From contig JBFWXQ010000009.1 in NCBI GenBank assembly GCA_050187295.1, forward strand, positions 152,627 to 216,626: DNA of 64,000 nt. Reading direction: 5' to 3'. Positions 63,722 through 64,000 of the stretch are shown here, one piece after another. Position 1 is the first letter of the stretch; every line of letters starts with the position of its first letter. The DNA comes from Blastocatellales bacterium (GTDB lineage: Bacteria; Acidobacteriota; Blastocatellia; RBC074). The translations under genes were made by a program, and so were the position numbers. The notes under the pieces are model-generated. The model ran no database searches and had not been told where the DNA came from. It saw nothing but the letters and a program-made list of their open reading frames with translations.

Positions 63722-64000
63722 ATGCTCTCACGCAGAAATGCACACATCCTCACATGTGTGCTACTAGCAGTTCTTCTGATACCCACGTTTGTCACACAAA
63801 TCCAAGCAAAAGGTAAAAAAGGTAAAGCCACCGCCTCTAGCTCGAAAAGCAAAAAATCCAAGCAGGCGAAATCTTCCCGTAGCCGTTCTTCTAGTCGCAA
63901 AGTCGCCAAACGCAGCAAACGAAGCAAAGCGGCCAGAAGAAGCGCTGAAGAAACTTACAAGCCCATTGAGCCTTCCAAAGTAGTGCCTGACCGTATAGAG
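63722..64000 (+). CDS. Secreted Lys/Ser/Arg-rich basic protein (partial, runs past window end)
   Basis: Not in the ORF track (no stop). ATG at 63722 with a GGAGGTG SD 7 nt upstream. Signal peptide MLSRRNAHILTCVLLAVLLIPTFVTQIQA, then a KGKKGKATASSSKSKKSKQAKSSRSRSSSRK.. low-complexity basic region. The track ORF at 63789..63983 is in another frame and lacks these signals. Confidence 0.5.
   Translation, partial: MLSRRNAHILTCVLLAVLLIPTFVTQIQAKGKKGKATASSSKSKKSKQAKSSRSRSSSRKVAKRSKRSKAARRSAEETYKPIEPSKVVPDRIE

Overview
This is a chromosomal segment with about 55–58% GC, resembling a soil heterotroph such as Acidobacteriota; taxonomy is inferred only from gene content and compositional style. It is densely packed with secreted or Tat-exported hydrolases (M14, M1, M24 and M20 peptidases, a CocE/NonD peptidase, a DegP/HtrA protease, two beta-lactamase-fold serine hydrolases, a GH10 xylanase with tandem CBMs and a sulfatase). 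Genes from 25094 down to 6139 all run on the minus strand. That block contains a tripartite ABC efflux system made of a periplasmic adaptor plus separate ATPase and permease genes. The largest feature is a 13-gene NADH:quinone oxidoreductase (nuo) operon on the minus strand (35555..50565). It has two anomalies: nuoI is missing between nuoH and nuoJ, and a BrnT/BrnA type II toxin-antitoxin pair sits tightly between nuoG and nuoF in operon orientation. Other notable points: (1) a ~580-bp cassette with a 142-aa orphan ORF flanked by degenerate inverted triple repeats and a 9-bp direct repeat, sitting between an MFS transporter and a sulfatase; (2) a Ser/Thr kinase fused to a TolB-like beta-propeller, preceded by a structured leader with CAGGAT repeats, three tiled micro-ORFs and a 14-bp stem-loop, and followed by a secreted PHP-domain protein with a TTG start; (3) queE and queC lying next to a DinG-family helicase and a DinB-fold protein, with a 13-bp hairpin plus U-tract abutting the queE start; (4) a divergent DUF1080 (3-keto-disaccharide hydrolase-like) and xylose-isomerase-like pair, plus a Tat-exported Gfo/Idh/MocA oxidoreductase elsewhere in the window; (5) tandem perfect palindromes in the ABC adaptor/ATPase intergenic region, and several clean bidirectional terminators. 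No rRNA, tRNA, CRISPR array or transposase was found. Several ORF-track starts are GTG/TTG or over-extended, and I moved them to internal ATG codons with SD-like sequences where I could justify it.
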